Source: Acidovorax sp. (GTDB lineage: Bacteria > Pseudomonadota > Gammaproteobacteria > Burkholderiales > Burkholderiaceae_C). Taken from it: a stretch of 64,000 nucleotides of DNA. How positions within the stretch are numbered: the stretch's first letter is position 1; each line of letters begins with the position of its first letter. The stretch covers positions 4,745 through 68,744 of the forward strand of contig NZ_JBKDRI010000159.1 in assembly GCF_046341535.1 (NCBI RefSeq), written 5' to 3'. The notes below the pieces were generated by a model, which searched no databases, was not told the DNA's origin, and saw nothing but the letters and a program-made list of their open reading frames with translations. Shown here piece by piece: positions 39,968-49,010 of the stretch. The position numbers were made by a program, and so were the translations under genes.

Positions 39968-41989
39968 TCAAAGCGGCTTGACGCTCCCAGGCACGATTTT
40001 GGCCCCGTAGTCGCGCATGAGCATCTGCACATACGGATCGTTGTTCACGATCTCTTGCGCCCGACGCTGACGCTCGGCAGCGGCAGCTGCGTTACGCCGC
40101 GCCGGGCTGTCAATGACCACACCCAGTTCCACGGAAAGCTCGCTGGCGTGGCCTGCAGCCTCCAGCACGGCCCGCAGGCGCTCGCGCGCCGTCGGCTGAT
40201 TGAGTGACTCCCGCTCGACCCGCAACAGCCAGTGCGCGCCGTCGCGCGCCACCAGTTGGGATTGCAGCGCAAGCTCGCGCGTCAGCGCTGTGATCGTTTC
40301 GGCCGCCACCATCTGCTGCACTGCGGCATGCCATACATCGCCTTCCTCAGTGGGCGTGTAAACGGCCGACGCAGGCACCGGGGCGGAATGCGGCGTGGGC
40401 TGCAAGCGCGCCCCCGGCTCGGGTGCCACGCGCACGGGGATGGACACCACGTCGGGTGCTCTGGACTCAAGCGGGACGCCGTCCCGACGCGCGGGCCGAT
40501 CAAAGTCATCGGGGCTGCGCACCGGCAGTGCCGTAGCCGCTCCTTGGGTGTGCAACGCCGCCGTCGCCGCCTGAGCGGCCACCGCTGTAACCCCATCCCG
40601 TCCCTGCTGCGAACCGACTTGACCCGGCCCTGCATCGCGATCAGGCGCAACAGGCTCCGATACGAGGTTGGCCGGTTCTGGGGCAGCGTCTTGCGGACCC
40701 AATGGGGTGGCAGGATCAGGCTCGGGCGAAGCCCGTGGGGTGGTGGCAGACATGCTGGCATCACTGCCAACCGCCCTGATCCGGGTCGCGCTGGCAGCAG
40801 TGTGCTGCGCATGAGCAGGCGCCCCCACTGGCGCACCCCGGTGGTCAGACGGCGTCAGAGTTTTTTTTTCAGCCGGTTCGCTACGAAGTTTGAAGGCCAG
40901 CAATCGCAGCAGCACCATGGTCAGCGCCGCATACTCGTCCGGGGCCAGGCCCAGTTCGCCGCGCCCATGCAGGCACATGCTGTAGAGCAGTTGGGTTTCA
41001 TCCGCGGGCATCTGATCCGCGAGACGCGCCGTCTCCACCGCTTCCGGATCGTCCTGATCGACCGTGGCGGCCATCTGAGGCACTGCCTGGTAAACCGCCA
41101 TGCGCTGCAGCACGGCACACATCTCCTCCAGCGTGGAGGCCGCCGACAGACCATTCAGACGCAGCGCGTCGGTGGTCTCGACCACGGTCTGGCCATCGCC
41201 CGCAGCCAGGGCATCGATGAGGCGAAAAACGTACGAGCGGTCCACCGCCCCGAGCATTTGACGAACACTGGATTCTTGCAACTGGCCGCCCCCAAATGCA
41301 ATCGCCTGGTCCGTCAACGACAGAGCGTCGCGCATGGAGCCCCGCGCCGCACGGGCCAGCAAGCGCAGCGCAGGTGCCTGCGCCGGTACGTTTTCGCGGG
41401 CCAGTACTTCGGTCAGGTGCGTGAGCACGGTTTCGGGCGCCATGGGCCGCAAATTGAACTGCAAGCAACGGCTGAGCACAGTGACCGGCACCTTCTGCGG
41501 GTCTGTGGTGGCAAGCACGAACTTGAGGTACTCGGGAGGCTCCTCCAGGGTCTTGAGCATGGCATTGAAGGCCGTGTTCGTCAGCATGTGCACTTCGTCA
41601 ATCATGAAAACCTTGAAGCGCCCCTGCACCGGCTTGTAAACCGCCTGCTCGAGCAGGCTTTGTACCTCGTCCACCCCGCGGTTGGAGGCAGCATCCAACT
41701 CGGTGTAATCCACAAAGCGGCCCGAGTCGATGTCAACGCAGGCCTGGCACACGCCGCAGGGCGTGGCAGTGATGCCGCCCTGCCCGTGCGGGCCCTGACA
41801 GTTGAGCGACTTGGCCAGGATGCGAGACACCGTCGTCTTGCCCACTCCGCGCGTCCCGGTAAACAGGTAGGCATGGTGAAGCCGCTGTTGCGTCAGCGCA
41901 TTGGTCAGCGCCTGCACCACATGCTCTTGCCCCACCATCTCGGTGAAATTGCGGGGGCGGTACTTGCGGGCGAGCACGAGATAGGACAT
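39968..41989 (-). CDS. dnaX: DNA polymerase III subunit gamma/tau
   Basis: LARKYRP, GTRGVGKT, DEVHML, SRC; long Pro/Ala linker; C-terminal tau domain. Confidence 0.97.
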   Translation of the reverse strand: MSYLVLARKYRPRNFTEMVGQEHVVQALTNALTQQRLHHAYLFTGTRGVGKTTVSRILAKSLNCQGPHGQGGITATPCGVCQACVDIDSGRFVDYTELDAASNRGVDEVQSLLEQAVYKPVQGRFKVFMIDEVHMLTNTAFNAMLKTLEEPPEYLKFVLATTDPQKVPVTVLSRCLQFNLRPMAPETVLTHLTEVLARENVPAQAPALRLLARAARGSMRDALSLTDQAIAFGGGQLQESSVRQMLGAVDRSYVFRLIDALAAGDGQTVVETTDALRLNGLSAASTLEEMCAVLQRMAVYQAVPQMAATVDQDDPEAVETARLADQMPADETQLLYSMCLHGRGELGLAPDEYAALTMVLLRLLAFKLRSEPAEKKTLTPSDHRGAPVGAPAHAQHTAASATRIRAVGSDASMSATTPRASPEPDPATPLGPQDAAPEPANLVSEPVAPDRDAGPGQVGSQQGRDGVTAVAAQAATAALHTQGAATALPVRSPDDFDRPARRDGVPLESRAPDVVSIPVRVAPEPGARLQPTPHSAPVPASAVYTPTEEGDVWHAAVQQMVAAETITALTRELALQSQLVARDGAHWLLRVERESLNQPTARERLRAVLEAAGHASELSVELGVVIDSPARRNAAAAAERQRRAQEIVNNDPYVQMLMRDYGAKIVPGSVKPL

Positions 41990-42177
41990 GCGCCGGATTC
42001 TACGGGGTGGGCCAAGCCCACCAGGAAGCGCGCAACACCCATGCCGTCCTACCCCATGCGCGCCGTTGCGGCAATCGCGATGGTGCGGGCACCGGGGCGC
42101 CCCCACCCGGCCAGCTCCCCCAACGGGCCATTCGGCGCAGCGGCAAAGAGCAGGCGGGCCAGCGTACAATCAACGCT

Positions 42178-42271
42178 GACGGGCCTCCTCGCATGGTGAA
42201 GCGGCCAACCGGGTCAGGTGGGGAACCAAGCAGCCCTAACCGTGGAGTCAGTGCCGGGGGTAAGGCTCGTC
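42178..42271 (+). ncRNA. ffs: SRP (4.5S) RNA
   Basis: TCAGG-TGG-GGAA-CCA-AGCAG helix-8 motif; terminal GACGGGCC/GGCTCGTC stem; TACAAT -10 at 42165. Confidence 0.9.
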
Positions 42272-42689
42272 AACCTCTTTCCAAAAGCGCTCACAAAACA
42301 GGCTTGTCGGTTCTGACAGCCACCACTACTCCCTTGCTGTACTGCCGCGCGGAGATTTTTTCCTTGCACTTTGAGCGCAAGGACCGCATGGCAAAGATTG
42401 GGGGGCTGCGGTCTGCCCCGTCACGCCCAGCGGCTGGCCACTGTTGAAACCAGGCGCTGCGCGTGCCCCCCGGCCCAATGGAACCCGGTGCTGCCTGCGC
42501 CTGCGCCGCACGATGGCATGGGGCGGCGTCAAAGTCAGTGGCCTAGCCAGACGCCCTTGCAGCCCGAACGAACGCCGCACGGTCCAGATCAACCCGCTGA
42601 TCGATCGCCCGAAAAAAATTCGCAATCGAGCGAAGGATTTCTCAGCGCAGGCCCGTTCAATAGGCATGTGCACTTACTGCATTCCCAAA

Positions 42690-43766
42690 ATGCCAACACT
42701 TTCCCATTTCATCCCAGTCGCCGCAGTGACGGCGGTATTTGGGCTTTATGGCTGCGGCGGAGGGGGGGACTCATCCACGGAGGTGCCCCCCGCGCCCCCT
42801 GCGCCAGTGACCCCTGCGCCAGTGACCCCTGCGCCGGTGCCCCCTGCGCCGGTGCCCCCCACCCCTGCGGCGCCAGCCAGCGTGGAGCGTGACGTTTTGC
42901 CCCAATCCACGGACCCCGGTATCACGCAGGCTTTGCAAGCACATGTGGCCATCAATCCGTCTCCGTCAGTGGCTGCGACTGGCAAGCTGGTCGTATTTCT
43001 ACCGGGGACACAAGCGACACCGGATGGCTACCGACTCATACTGCGCGACGCAGCCACCAAGGGTTATCACGCAGTGGGGGTCAATTATGTGAACGGCGTT
43101 GCGGTGGGTCAGCTGTGCGCCACCGAACCTGACCGGGACTGCCATGGAAAAGTGCGTCAGGAAGTCATCACTGGACAAGACACCAGCACACTGGTGTCGG
43201 TCGGGCCTGTTGACTCCATCGTGAACCGCCTCGCCAAGTTGCTCATTGCCCTGAGCCAGCAGTACCCGTCGGAAGGCTGGGGGCAGTACCTCAATAGCCA
43301 ACAGCTCCCCGATTGGTCCAAAATCAATCTGGCTGGTCACTCCCAAGGGGGTGGGCATACGGGTTTGATGGCCAAGATGTACAACCTCAACCGGGTCGCT
43401 TATTTTTCCTCTCCTGCCGACTGGCGCAACTTTACCAATCAGCCTGCCACTTGGATGGGCTTGCCCTCCGTCACGCCGGTAAGCCGTCAGTATGGCTTTA
43501 CCCACCTGGGCGACCCCCTGGTTCCCTACTCCAACATCGTGCCCATTTGGCAAGCGCTGCAACTTGATACGCTCGGCCCGGCGACCAGCGTTGATGGTTC
43601 AGCCAGCCCTTGGGGTGGTTCGCATCAGCTCACGACAAATGCCACACCCGGGTCAAGCCTGCCCACGGCGGCGCACGGTGCTACGGTCTTTGACATCTCA
43701 GTACCCAGGAACGCCGATGGAAGCGCCCGTTTCAAGCTGGTCTGGAGCGCCATGCTTTATCCCTGA
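42690..43766 (+). CDS. Lipoprotein alpha/beta serine hydrolase (BPSS1187-like)
   Basis: Lipobox LYGC; Pro/Ala linker; FLPGT; GHSQGGG nucleophile elbow. Confidence 0.72.
   Translation: MPTLSHFIPVAAVTAVFGLYGCGGGGDSSTEVPPAPPAPVTPAPVTPAPVPPAPVPPTPAAPASVERDVLPQSTDPGITQALQAHVAINPSPSVAATGKLVVFLPGTQATPDGYRLILRDAATKGYHAVGVNYVNGVAVGQLCATEPDRDCHGKVRQEVITGQDTSTLVSVGPVDSIVNRLAKLLIALSQQYPSEGWGQYLNSQQLPDWSKINLAGHSQGGGHTGLMAKMYNLNRVAYFSSPADWRNFTNQPATWMGLPSVTPVSRQYGFTHLGDPLVPYSNIVPIWQALQLDTLGPATSVDGSASPWGGSHQLTTNATPGSSLPTAAHGATVFDISVPRNADGSARFKLVWSAMLYP
42796..42855 (+). repeat. 15-bp tandem repeat x4 encoding PAPV(T/P)
   Basis: CCCCTGCGCC(A/G)GTG(A/C) repeated four times. Confidence 0.9.
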
Positions 43767-43803
43767 ACAGCCGTTTTAACCCTGCTCAGATCCTACGCAA
43801 GCC

Positions 43804-44394
43804 ATGCTGCGCCACGCGCATATCGACGACAACACACTGATGCAAGGCATCTGTCGTGGCGATGAGGCTGCGCTGGAGGCATTGATCCACCGCCACAGCG
43901 GCTGGGGATTGCAGCAATTGCAGCGCGTTCTGGGTCGGGTGGAAGAAGCAGAAGACATCCTTCAAAGCTGCTTCGTGCAAATCTGGGAAAAAGCGCCAGC
44001 CTGGGAGCCGCAGGCGCAGTTTCGAACCTGGTTCTACCGCGTGCTGTACAACCGCTGCATGGACCACTTCCGTCGCACCGGACGTGAGGTGGCTTGGCCT
44101 GACACCGCGCCCGATGGTGCAGAGAGCTCTCAAGAGAACGCCGAAATTTTTTCAAAGATGCTCCTGCCCGTGGTCCCTGCGGCCGATGCTGGCGTCATGC
44201 GCCGACTGGATGTGCAAGCGGCTCTGCAGAAACTACCGCTGCGCCAGCGCATGGCCATCGTGCTCGTGTATTTCGAAGAGTTGGCACAGGATGAAGCGGC
44301 CGGGGTGATGGGTGTCCGTCTGGGTGCGTTGGAGTCGCTGCTTTCCCGTGCCCGCGCCACCTTGGCGCGCCATTTGGCGGCGCACCGTCACTAA
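43804..44394 (+). CDS. ECF sigma factor
   Basis: GDEAALEAL, AEDILQSCF, FRTWFYRVLYNRCMD (sigma2); LPLRQRMAI...SLLSRAR (sigma4). Confidence 0.92.
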   Translation: MLRHAHIDDNTLMQGICRGDEAALEALIHRHSGWGLQQLQRVLGRVEEAEDILQSCFVQIWEKAPAWEPQAQFRTWFYRVLYNRCMDHFRRTGREVAWPDTAPDGAESSQENAEIFSKMLLPVVPAADAGVMRRLDVQAALQKLPLRQRMAIVLVYFEELAQDEAAGVMGVRLGALESLLSRARATLARHLAAHRH

Positions 44395-44456
44395 AGAGCG
44401 GATTGCGGGATCGAATACACCTGGTTTGAAAAAACTGTGAAGAGGACTCAAATCAC

Positions 44457-45002
44457 ATGAACAAGAAACCATCGTCCCCGGCTGATTCGGAAACCGGCTT
44501 TGCTCCCAGCGGGCCGGTCGACTCGGCGCAGCGTTTTTTGACTTGTGCGGCGACATATGGCGCAAACAGGAATCGTTGGCCGCAGACCGACCAAACGATC
44601 TTCGATGCGCTTGCAAGCAGCACCTGGGGACAGCAGGTGCTGGCCACAGCAGAAGAACTGGACTACTGGCTGGCATCGGGTGATCCAGCCCCAGCAGCCA
44701 GCAAACTTTCGGCACAGTGGAGCCAAAAAACTCTGGACTTGGCCTTGGCGGCCCGAGCCCCAAGGTCAGCAGCAAGAACAAGTAACTCTCCGTGGCTGGG
44801 CGCACTGGCCATGAGCATGGGATTGGTGTTGTGCGCAATTGGCGGATTCGTTCACGGGTTTGATCAAGCGATTGAAGTACAAACACTGCGCGTCCGCGGC
44901 GACGAGTTTGCAGCGGGCTCGGAAATTCAATGGCTACAGCACGTGATGCCATCCAGGCCATCCGCCAATGGCCCAGGGGCCGCGCCCATCAACTTGCTTT
45001 GA
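44457..45002 (+). CDS. Putative single-pass anti-sigma factor
   Basis: Follows the ECF gene; RF...YGA...RWP N-terminal domain and one TM helix. Confidence 0.65.
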   Translation: MNKKPSSPADSETGFAPSGPVDSAQRFLTCAATYGANRNRWPQTDQTIFDALASSTWGQQVLATAEELDYWLASGDPAPAASKLSAQWSQKTLDLALAARAPRSAARTSNSPWLGALAMSMGLVLCAIGGFVHGFDQAIEVQTLRVRGDEFAAGSEIQWLQHVMPSRPSANGPGAAPINLL

Positions 45003-45017
45003 CGAAAGGGGTTGAAT

Positions 45018-45524
45018 ATGAAACTCTTTACAAACCGATGGGGCCCAACCGCACTGGCCATCTCGATCGGGCTCAACATCTTCCTTCTGGCCAGTTTCGC
45101 GGGTGGTATCAGCGGTACGATGGCTGTAGAGCGAATACTCAAGCACCGTGTGGCAGCGGTCACCGAAGTGCTGTCACCTGAGCGCAGACAGGAAATTGCC
45201 ACCCATCTGGAGGCAGCCCTGCAAGCCATGAAAGGCGAGCAAGACGCCGTGCGCCTGGCCCAGCAGCAGTGGCTTGCGACCTTCGAGGATGCAACCCTCG
45301 AACCCCAGCAGGTGCAGACCCGCCTGCGACAGCAGATGCAGGATATTCGCGTACACCGCGAGGCCTCCAATGCCGTCTTGCATGAGCAGGCGCTTCGGGT
45401 GATTGCCGGAATGAACACATCCGAGCGTCAGGCTGTAGCCGCTCAAATCCGCAAGCAGTTTGATGTCGCTCGACCACCTGAGCCTTCGATCTCGAATTCA
45501 ACGCCCGTCAGGAGCGCTCCATGA
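45018..45524 (+). CDS. Periplasmic heavy-metal-sensor (CnrX/ZraP/Spy-like) helical protein
   Basis: LAISIGLNIFL signal/TM; LSPERRQ and MNTSERQ helical repeats. Confidence 0.7.
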   Translation: MKLFTNRWGPTALAISIGLNIFLLASFAGGISGTMAVERILKHRVAAVTEVLSPERRQEIATHLEAALQAMKGEQDAVRLAQQQWLATFEDATLEPQQVQTRLRQQMQDIRVHREASNAVLHEQALRVIAGMNTSERQAVAAQIRKQFDVARPPEPSISNSTPVRSAP

Positions 45525-46396
45525 ATCGGCGTGTGCAATCCTTGCTCGGCGTGGCAGCCCTGTGCATTCTTTTGTGTGCCGTGCCGCAGGTGCTGGCACA
45601 GCAGGCCGAGCAAGCTCTGCGCCGAGACGGAAAGCACACGCCGCTGATGGTGTACCAGCGTTCGCCACAAGAATGTTTGCCGTTAGCCTTGCTCTCCCAT
45701 GGCGCAGGTGGCAGCGAGAAGGGCTATGTTGACCTGGCGCAGGGCTTGCAGGCTTTGGGCTGGCGGGTGGTGGTGATGGGCCACACCGAAAGCGGACGCA
45801 TGAGCCTACGTGCCAATGTCCGCCAAAGTGGTGTTCAAACCGGCTTGGCCCACTTGGCCCAAGACGGTGCTGCACTTGAATCGAGGCAGATGGACCTGGA
45901 GGCGGCGCTGCGCTGGGCAGACAGTCTTTGCACAGCGCAGAGCAAACCTGCACGCCAGATCCTGGTGGGTCATTCCATGGGTGCCACAACCGTCACTTTG
46001 GAAGCGGGTGCGCGTAACCTGGTGGGAGTGAAGGGCCAGGACCGCTTTGATGCCTACATCGCGCTCTCGCCCCAGGGGGTTGGATCGGTGTTCCCGGAAA
46101 ATGCCTGGAGTGACATCAGAAAGCCCTTCCTGCAAATTACCGGGACGTTAGACAAAGCTCTGGAGGGAGGAGCTCAAACCCGAGAACAACCCTTCCACAA
46201 CATGCCCAAGGGCTGCCATTGGCTGGCAGTCATTGACGGCGCTGGGCACATGAGTTTTGCTGGCAGGGGGGCAGGCAGTATGCATGCTGAGCAACTTACG
46301 CTAGGGCTCATTCGTGATTTTCTGGATGCCTCCAGATCCCTGGAGTGCGCCACGCCAAAGACTCTAAGCCCGCGCGTTCGACTGCTCTCCAAATAG
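45521..46396 (+). CDS. Secreted alpha/beta hydrolase
   Basis: Signal peptide; SHGAGG, GHSMGA, TGTLD and GAGHMSF (Ser-Asp-His triad). Confidence 0.85.
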   Translation: MNRRVQSLLGVAALCILLCAVPQVLAQQAEQALRRDGKHTPLMVYQRSPQECLPLALLSHGAGGSEKGYVDLAQGLQALGWRVVVMGHTESGRMSLRANVRQSGVQTGLAHLAQDGAALESRQMDLEAALRWADSLCTAQSKPARQILVGHSMGATTVTLEAGARNLVGVKGQDRFDAYIALSPQGVGSVFPENAWSDIRKPFLQITGTLDKALEGGAQTREQPFHNMPKGCHWLAVIDGAGHMSFAGRGAGSMHAEQLTLGLIRDFLDASRSLECATPKTLSPRVRLLSK

Positions 46397-46530
46397 CCGC
46401 CCGAGCAGCGCAATTTGACGCCCAGGGGATGAGTGACCGCCCTGCGATTGAGCAACCAGCACTTCATGCCCGTCCTCTAGCAGGGTGCTTATCGTCGTTG
46501 CCTACAACGTTGTCACCTTAGCGGGAATCA

Positions 46531-46699
46531 CTAGGAGCCTGTCGGACTTGGAGCGTCGAAAGCGAATATCGGCCCCAGCGAGGACAGTTTTTGCCGAATT
46601 TGCAGCCCCATAGCCGAGCTATGGGGCAAAAAGGCGGTTCAAAATGGACCGCTGCGGTCGATTTGCAGCCGACGATTTCCAAGTCCGACAGGCTCCTAG
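46531..46699 (+). mobile_element. MITE family C, copy 1 (169 bp including CTAG flanks)
   Basis: 22-bp inverted repeats CTAGGAGCCTGTCGGACTTGGA; internal GCCCCATAGC-CGA-GCTATGGGGC hairpin. Confidence 0.88.
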
Positions 46700-46739
46700 C
46701 GCCGGATTATGGCACTGCAAGGCCCCTGGCAACGCCAGT

Positions 46740-47459
46740 TCAGCCGCGAACCATGGCCAGCGCGCGACACAGGTCAGCCCAGGCGGAGGCCTTGTGGTCC
46801 TGGGAGCGCAGCAAAAAGTCTGCATCGTAAGAGACCACGGCCGGGCAGCCAGCCATATCGAGAGGCCCGCCACGCAGGCGTCCCAAGGGTTCGCTGCGGC
46901 CCAGCGCGGCGCGGGCTGCCACATGGCCGAGTACCAGCACCATCGCGGGCCGCAGGTCTGCCACCGTGGCATGGAGCGCACCCGGTACGTCGCCGGTGGC
47001 TGCAAGACCGGCTCCGTTGCGTTCGACGGCGGTGAGAAACACCCTGGGGTGGCGATGCAGCCGCATGGCGCGCAGCATGTTGTCAAGCAGCTTGCCGCTG
47101 TCGCCTGCAAACGGATCGGCCGGGACGGGGCACTCCGTCACGATCAGCCAGCCAGAGCCGAGGCCCGCAGGCACCTGCGCCGGGTCGGTAGCCGGGTAGA
47201 GAAGGCGCGGGGGGTGCAGCACCAGCGCCGTGCTCTGAGACATGGCAGCGGTGCCGGTGGTCGCTGGCGCTGGCGTCACAACGGGCCGCGCCGGCATGGA
47301 AGCGGCAGATGGCTTGGCGGGCCTGAGGGGCGATGGCTCCGGATGCGTGGGCGCAGCGGCGGCGGCCACAGGTTCGCGAGCGGCATGGCCCGCACCCCAG
47401 ACCGTGAGGCCCATCTCCTGCAGCATTGCGCGCTGGCGCTTGTCCAGATGAAGACTCAT
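46740..47459 (-). CDS. Uracil-DNA glycosylase family 4-like protein
   Basis: PFAGDSGKLLDNML, RPAMVLVLG, KASAWADL; follows rimI. Confidence 0.8.
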   Translation of the reverse strand: MSLHLDKRQRAMLQEMGLTVWGAGHAAREPVAAAAAPTHPEPSPLRPAKPSAASMPARPVVTPAPATTGTAAMSQSTALVLHPPRLLYPATDPAQVPAGLGSGWLIVTECPVPADPFAGDSGKLLDNMLRAMRLHRHPRVFLTAVERNGAGLAATGDVPGALHATVADLRPAMVLVLGHVAARAALGRSEPLGRLRGGPLDMAGCPAVVSYDADFLLRSQDHKASAWADLCRALAMVRG

Positions 47460-47507
47460 ACGAACGGATGGGGTGGGAGGGTGAACAAAAGGATCATGCG
47501 CTTGCGT

Positions 47508-47993
47508 TCAAAGGGCCAGAGTCATCACCACGGCATCTTCGCGCTCACCGGCCGCGGCGGGGTAGTAGCGCTTGCGTTCGCCCACGCGTCGAAACCCATG
47601 GGTCAGATAGATGCTCTGGGCCCGTGTGTTGCTCTGGCGCACCTCAAGCCAGAGCCACTGCGCGCCCTGGCCACGGGACCACAGCGCCAGCGCCTCGAGC
47701 AGCATGCGCGCCCAGCCCTGGCCCTGGAACTCCGGCGCTACGGTGATGTTCAGCAGATGCACCTCGTCCACACCCATCATCGCCACAAAGTAGCCCAGCA
47801 GGTGCTCATCGGCCATCAGCAGCTGGACCTGGTAGCCCGATGCCATGGCATCGGTGAAATTACCACGCGTCCAGGGATGCGAATAAGCGCGATATTCCAC
47901 GTCCAGCACGCGATCCAGCTCGGCCAGTGTCAGTGGCTGAAAGCGCGCTTCGGCAGGAGCGGCGGCAGACGCAGGGGTAGGAAGGGCGCTCAT
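47508..47993 (-). CDS. rimI: Ribosomal protein S18 N-acetyltransferase
   Basis: HPWTRGNF, VHLLNITV, LEVRQSN, RKRYY. Confidence 0.93.
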   Translation of the reverse strand: MSALPTPASAAAPAEARFQPLTLAELDRVLDVEYRAYSHPWTRGNFTDAMASGYQVQLLMADEHLLGYFVAMMGVDEVHLLNITVAPEFQGQGWARMLLEALALWSRGQGAQWLWLEVRQSNTRAQSIYLTHGFRRVGERKRYYPAAAGEREDAVVMTLAL

Positions 47994-48083
47994 GCGGCAA
48001 CAGGAAGCTTCAACGGTTCAGGCAGTTAAGAGTCCACGCGGGGCAGGCATGCCGCGCCAGGCCAGCGGGCGGCAAGCACGCAC

Positions 48084-48797
48084 TCAGGCTCCCGGGGCGG
48101 TTGCAGCACGCAACGCGGCGCGCTCGGCCGTGGTGTACGCCACTTTATCGCGAATGTAGCGGGGCAGCGCGCCGCTGGCGGGCACGGCGCCTCCCGCATC
48201 CAGCAAGCCCGGGGCAAGCCGCAGCAGCGCAGCCGCCGTGGGCAGCACGTGGACATGGGTTGCGCCTGGGGCCAGTCTCCCGCGGTAGGGCGGTTGCGCG
48301 TTGCCTGCCACCGTCCAGCCCTCGGGTACCTGCACTTGCTCGGGGGAGGACAGGCCGAAATCGGTGTCGCTCACCCATCGCCCCAAGGCGGCCTGCCACT
48401 CGCAGCGGGCGTGGTAGACCTCGTCCATCCGCGCATCCAGCACGGCCACCACACGCTGCGCGCCGAATCGGTGGCGCGCGTCCTCGGCCACAGCCACCAG
48501 GGTATCGACGGGCAACACCGGGATACCCAGGCCGGCGCGGGCCCCAAAAGCCAGGCCCTGGGCCACGGCGCAGGCCGTGCGCAGCCCGGTGAAGGAGCCG
48601 GGGCCTCGGCCAAAGACGATAGCGTCCAGCGTCTCAAACGAGCATCCGGCCTGCGCCGTCAGGCTGCAGATGGTGGGAATCAGCGTGGCCGACGCCTGCG
48701 CGCCGCCGGGGCCCTGGTGCTCCCACACCGTTCCATCGTTGCCCTGGACGGCGATGGAGAGCATGTCGGTGCTGGTGTCAAAAGCGAGCAGGTTCAT
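48084..48797 (-). CDS. tsaB: t6A biosynthesis protein TsaB
   Basis: LLAFDTST, GPGSFTGLR, DARMDEVY, PRYIR. Confidence 0.95.
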   Translation of the reverse strand: MNLLAFDTSTDMLSIAVQGNDGTVWEHQGPGGAQASATLIPTICSLTAQAGCSFETLDAIVFGRGPGSFTGLRTACAVAQGLAFGARAGLGIPVLPVDTLVAVAEDARHRFGAQRVVAVLDARMDEVYHARCEWQAALGRWVSDTDFGLSSPEQVQVPEGWTVAGNAQPPYRGRLAPGATHVHVLPTAAALLRLAPGLLDAGGAVPASGALPRYIRDKVAYTTAERAALRAATAPGA

Positions 48798-48824
48798 GGT
48801 GTGCAACAAGTGAATCCAAAAGCG

Positions 48825-48993
48825 CTAGGAGCCTGTCGGACTTGGAAATCGTCGGCTGCAAATCGACCGCAGCGGCCCATTTTTAACCGCCTTTTTGCCC
48901 CATAGCTCGGCTATGGGGCTGCAAATTCGGCAAAAACTGTCCTCGCTGGGCCCGATTTTCGCTTTCGACGCTCCAAGTCCGACAGGCTCCTAG
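48825..48993 (-). mobile_element. MITE family C, copy 2 (inverted relative to copy 1)
   Basis: Reverse complement differs from copy 1 at 4 of 169 positions; CTAG flanks. Confidence 0.88.
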
Positions 48994-49010
48994 GCCAACG
49001 GCTTGCAGGT

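Noticed and set aside
40232-42199. 655-aa plus-strand ORF
   Set aside because: Antisense to dnaX and runs into ffs; no motifs
42625-42665. Possible ECF promoter (GAAGGATT...CGTTCAA) upstream of the hydrolase, compared with GCGGGATC...GTTTGAA at 44409
   Set aside because: Spacing and sequence do not agree between the two sites, so no shared motif can be supported
42272-46530. Integrase-mediated island using ffs as attachment site
   Set aside because: No integrase and no duplicated ffs 3' end were found; only position and composition suggest horizontal origin
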